Assembly (NCBI GenBank): GCA_905178155.1 | Contig: CAJINV010000002.1 | Span: forward strand, 5,079,709-5,143,708 | From: Amoebophrya sp. A120 | Taxonomy: Eukaryota; Protista; Dinoflagellata | DNA: 64,000 bases | Reading direction: 5' to 3' | In this document: positions 62,585-64,000 of the stretch, piece after piece | How positions within the stretch are numbered: the first letter of the stretch is position 1 | How the letters are laid out: each line of letters opens with the position of its first letter | The notes under the pieces: model-generated | What the model was told of the DNA's origin: nothing | The model's input: only the letters and a program-made list of their open reading frames with translations | The model's database searches: none | Position numbers and translations under genes: made by a program

Positions 62585-64000
62585 AGAGGACGAGCCGGGA
62601 GGATAAGGAATAAGGAGGTCAATCTACTCATGAATGAAAAGATGATCTGTGCTGTTCCACTTCAAGACGACGAGAACGAGATACTGACGACGACGCTTTG
62701 ATGAATACAGGTTTTATAGACGGAACGTCAAATTTGAGTATTAAGCACAAGTACAGCGACAAAAATTTTTGTGAAATTACAGAAGGCAGTATATGAATGG
62801 ACAAAGTACAAAAGTTCAGTATTAACTATTGCATTTTCTGAGCCGTATTTTTCATTTTCCAAAATGCAAAAACCGATTTCGATTGTCATGAAAACAATTT
62901 TTTGTCATGGAGAAAACATTTCTTTGTGATGCAAAAACTAAATTCTTGAGAACGCAGAACTGCTTTCTGAAGAGCACGGATTCTATCTGAGCCACCGACT
63001 TCACTGATCCACCGAACCAACATTCTAAACACCGAAAACCAAAATATCACCAACCGAGCAAAACAACTTCAACCGAGCAAAACAAACCTTCATTTCCGGA
63101 AAATGCGAGTTCCTCTACACCGAGCTAAAATTTCGAATAGTTGTGGTTTATTACAAAACCACAACTATTCGATTTCTCCAACACAATTGTTCAAGTTTTC
63201 AACTTAGACATCCGAAACCGACTCGCTTTCACGAACTCACGTCGCGCAATATCGGCACGCGCGACCGTGGGACCATCTTCAAAGCTCTTCATCATTTGTT
63301 CTTGGCGAAACAGCTATCGCTTCGCCATATCGTTTTTGCCTCCAAGTCCGCAGCAGAACTCACGGCGACTTGGGAGACCATATCCATCACATGGTGGGTA
63401 GAGCGAAACATTTTCAGATATGGAAGACAATCATCTTCCATCATTTGACAGTATTGTTTTTTTGCGAAGAAACTACATTCGCGAGCGAATGCAGCTTCTT
63501 CACGAGAGGACGGTGAAGGTGTTGATACAAACGCCACGTCGAAAGACGTGACGATAAAGAAGAGTCCAGGTTGTTATTTTTCTAACAAAAAAATAAAAGA
63601 TCGAAGATTGCATTTTCATAATGTAGAAGTGCTTGTCTTTCGATGAGAAGTAGATACTGATACTCGAAAGACAAAAAAGAAATGTTACGAATATTTGCGA
63701 GTCAGCAGACGTAGATGGCAAGACATCTAAGCTGCCGACTCTAAAGAAGGCCGGTGTAGCACGAAGCATTTTCGCTTCGCTGAAATCTCAGTGATTTTTC
63801 TAATCGAAAAAGAAATTGATAATTTTTTTGAAGTAAAATAAACAAATTAGCCCCATCCGATTACGCAGGAAGGATGCGGGCTTTAATCAGACCGAATTGC
63901 GGCAGCTCGAGTGGAGTTGACGAACTCATACTGATGAATATGAAATTTATATTTCTAAAAGTAGTACTGCATGTTTGTGCATAATAACTTCCGTATCTAC

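Noticed and set aside
63141-63769. Short ORFs at the window end
   Set aside because: No recognisable motif or consistent frame.

Overview
Eukaryotic, gene-dense window, most consistent with the parasitic syndinian dinoflagellate Amoebophrya (inferred from its distinctive non-canonical introns; not verified by search). All confidently identified genes are on the + strand: 3' part of CFAP61, serine hydroxymethyltransferase, TFIIIC subunit Tau95/GTF3C5, an RMI1-like OB-fold protein, a Pro/Gln-rich single-pass membrane protein, a TBC1D22/Gyp1 Rab-GAP, a TPR protein, an intronless TruA/Pus1 pseudouridine synthase and WDR33/Pfs2. At least 28 introns are MITE-like introner elements of several families: typically TA(T)...(A)TA termini, terminal inverted repeats (TIRs), a 5-bp direct repeat (DR) and a shared internal GCATnACAA motif. 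Removing the element plus one DR copy restores the reading frame. The same families occur in both orientations, and several copies read as GT-AG in one fixed register. The most striking observation is a poly(A)-tailed retroposon with a conserved ~160-nt structured 3' module, inserted twice with 17-20 bp target-site duplications at the shared motif inside introners of two unrelated families. A gene-poor block (~25-39 kb) holds a (CG)n/A-tract satellite with ~195-bp period, a 33-bp minisatellite, an insertion flanked by 52-bp direct repeats and a Helitron-like element. All alignments and coordinates were read by eye.
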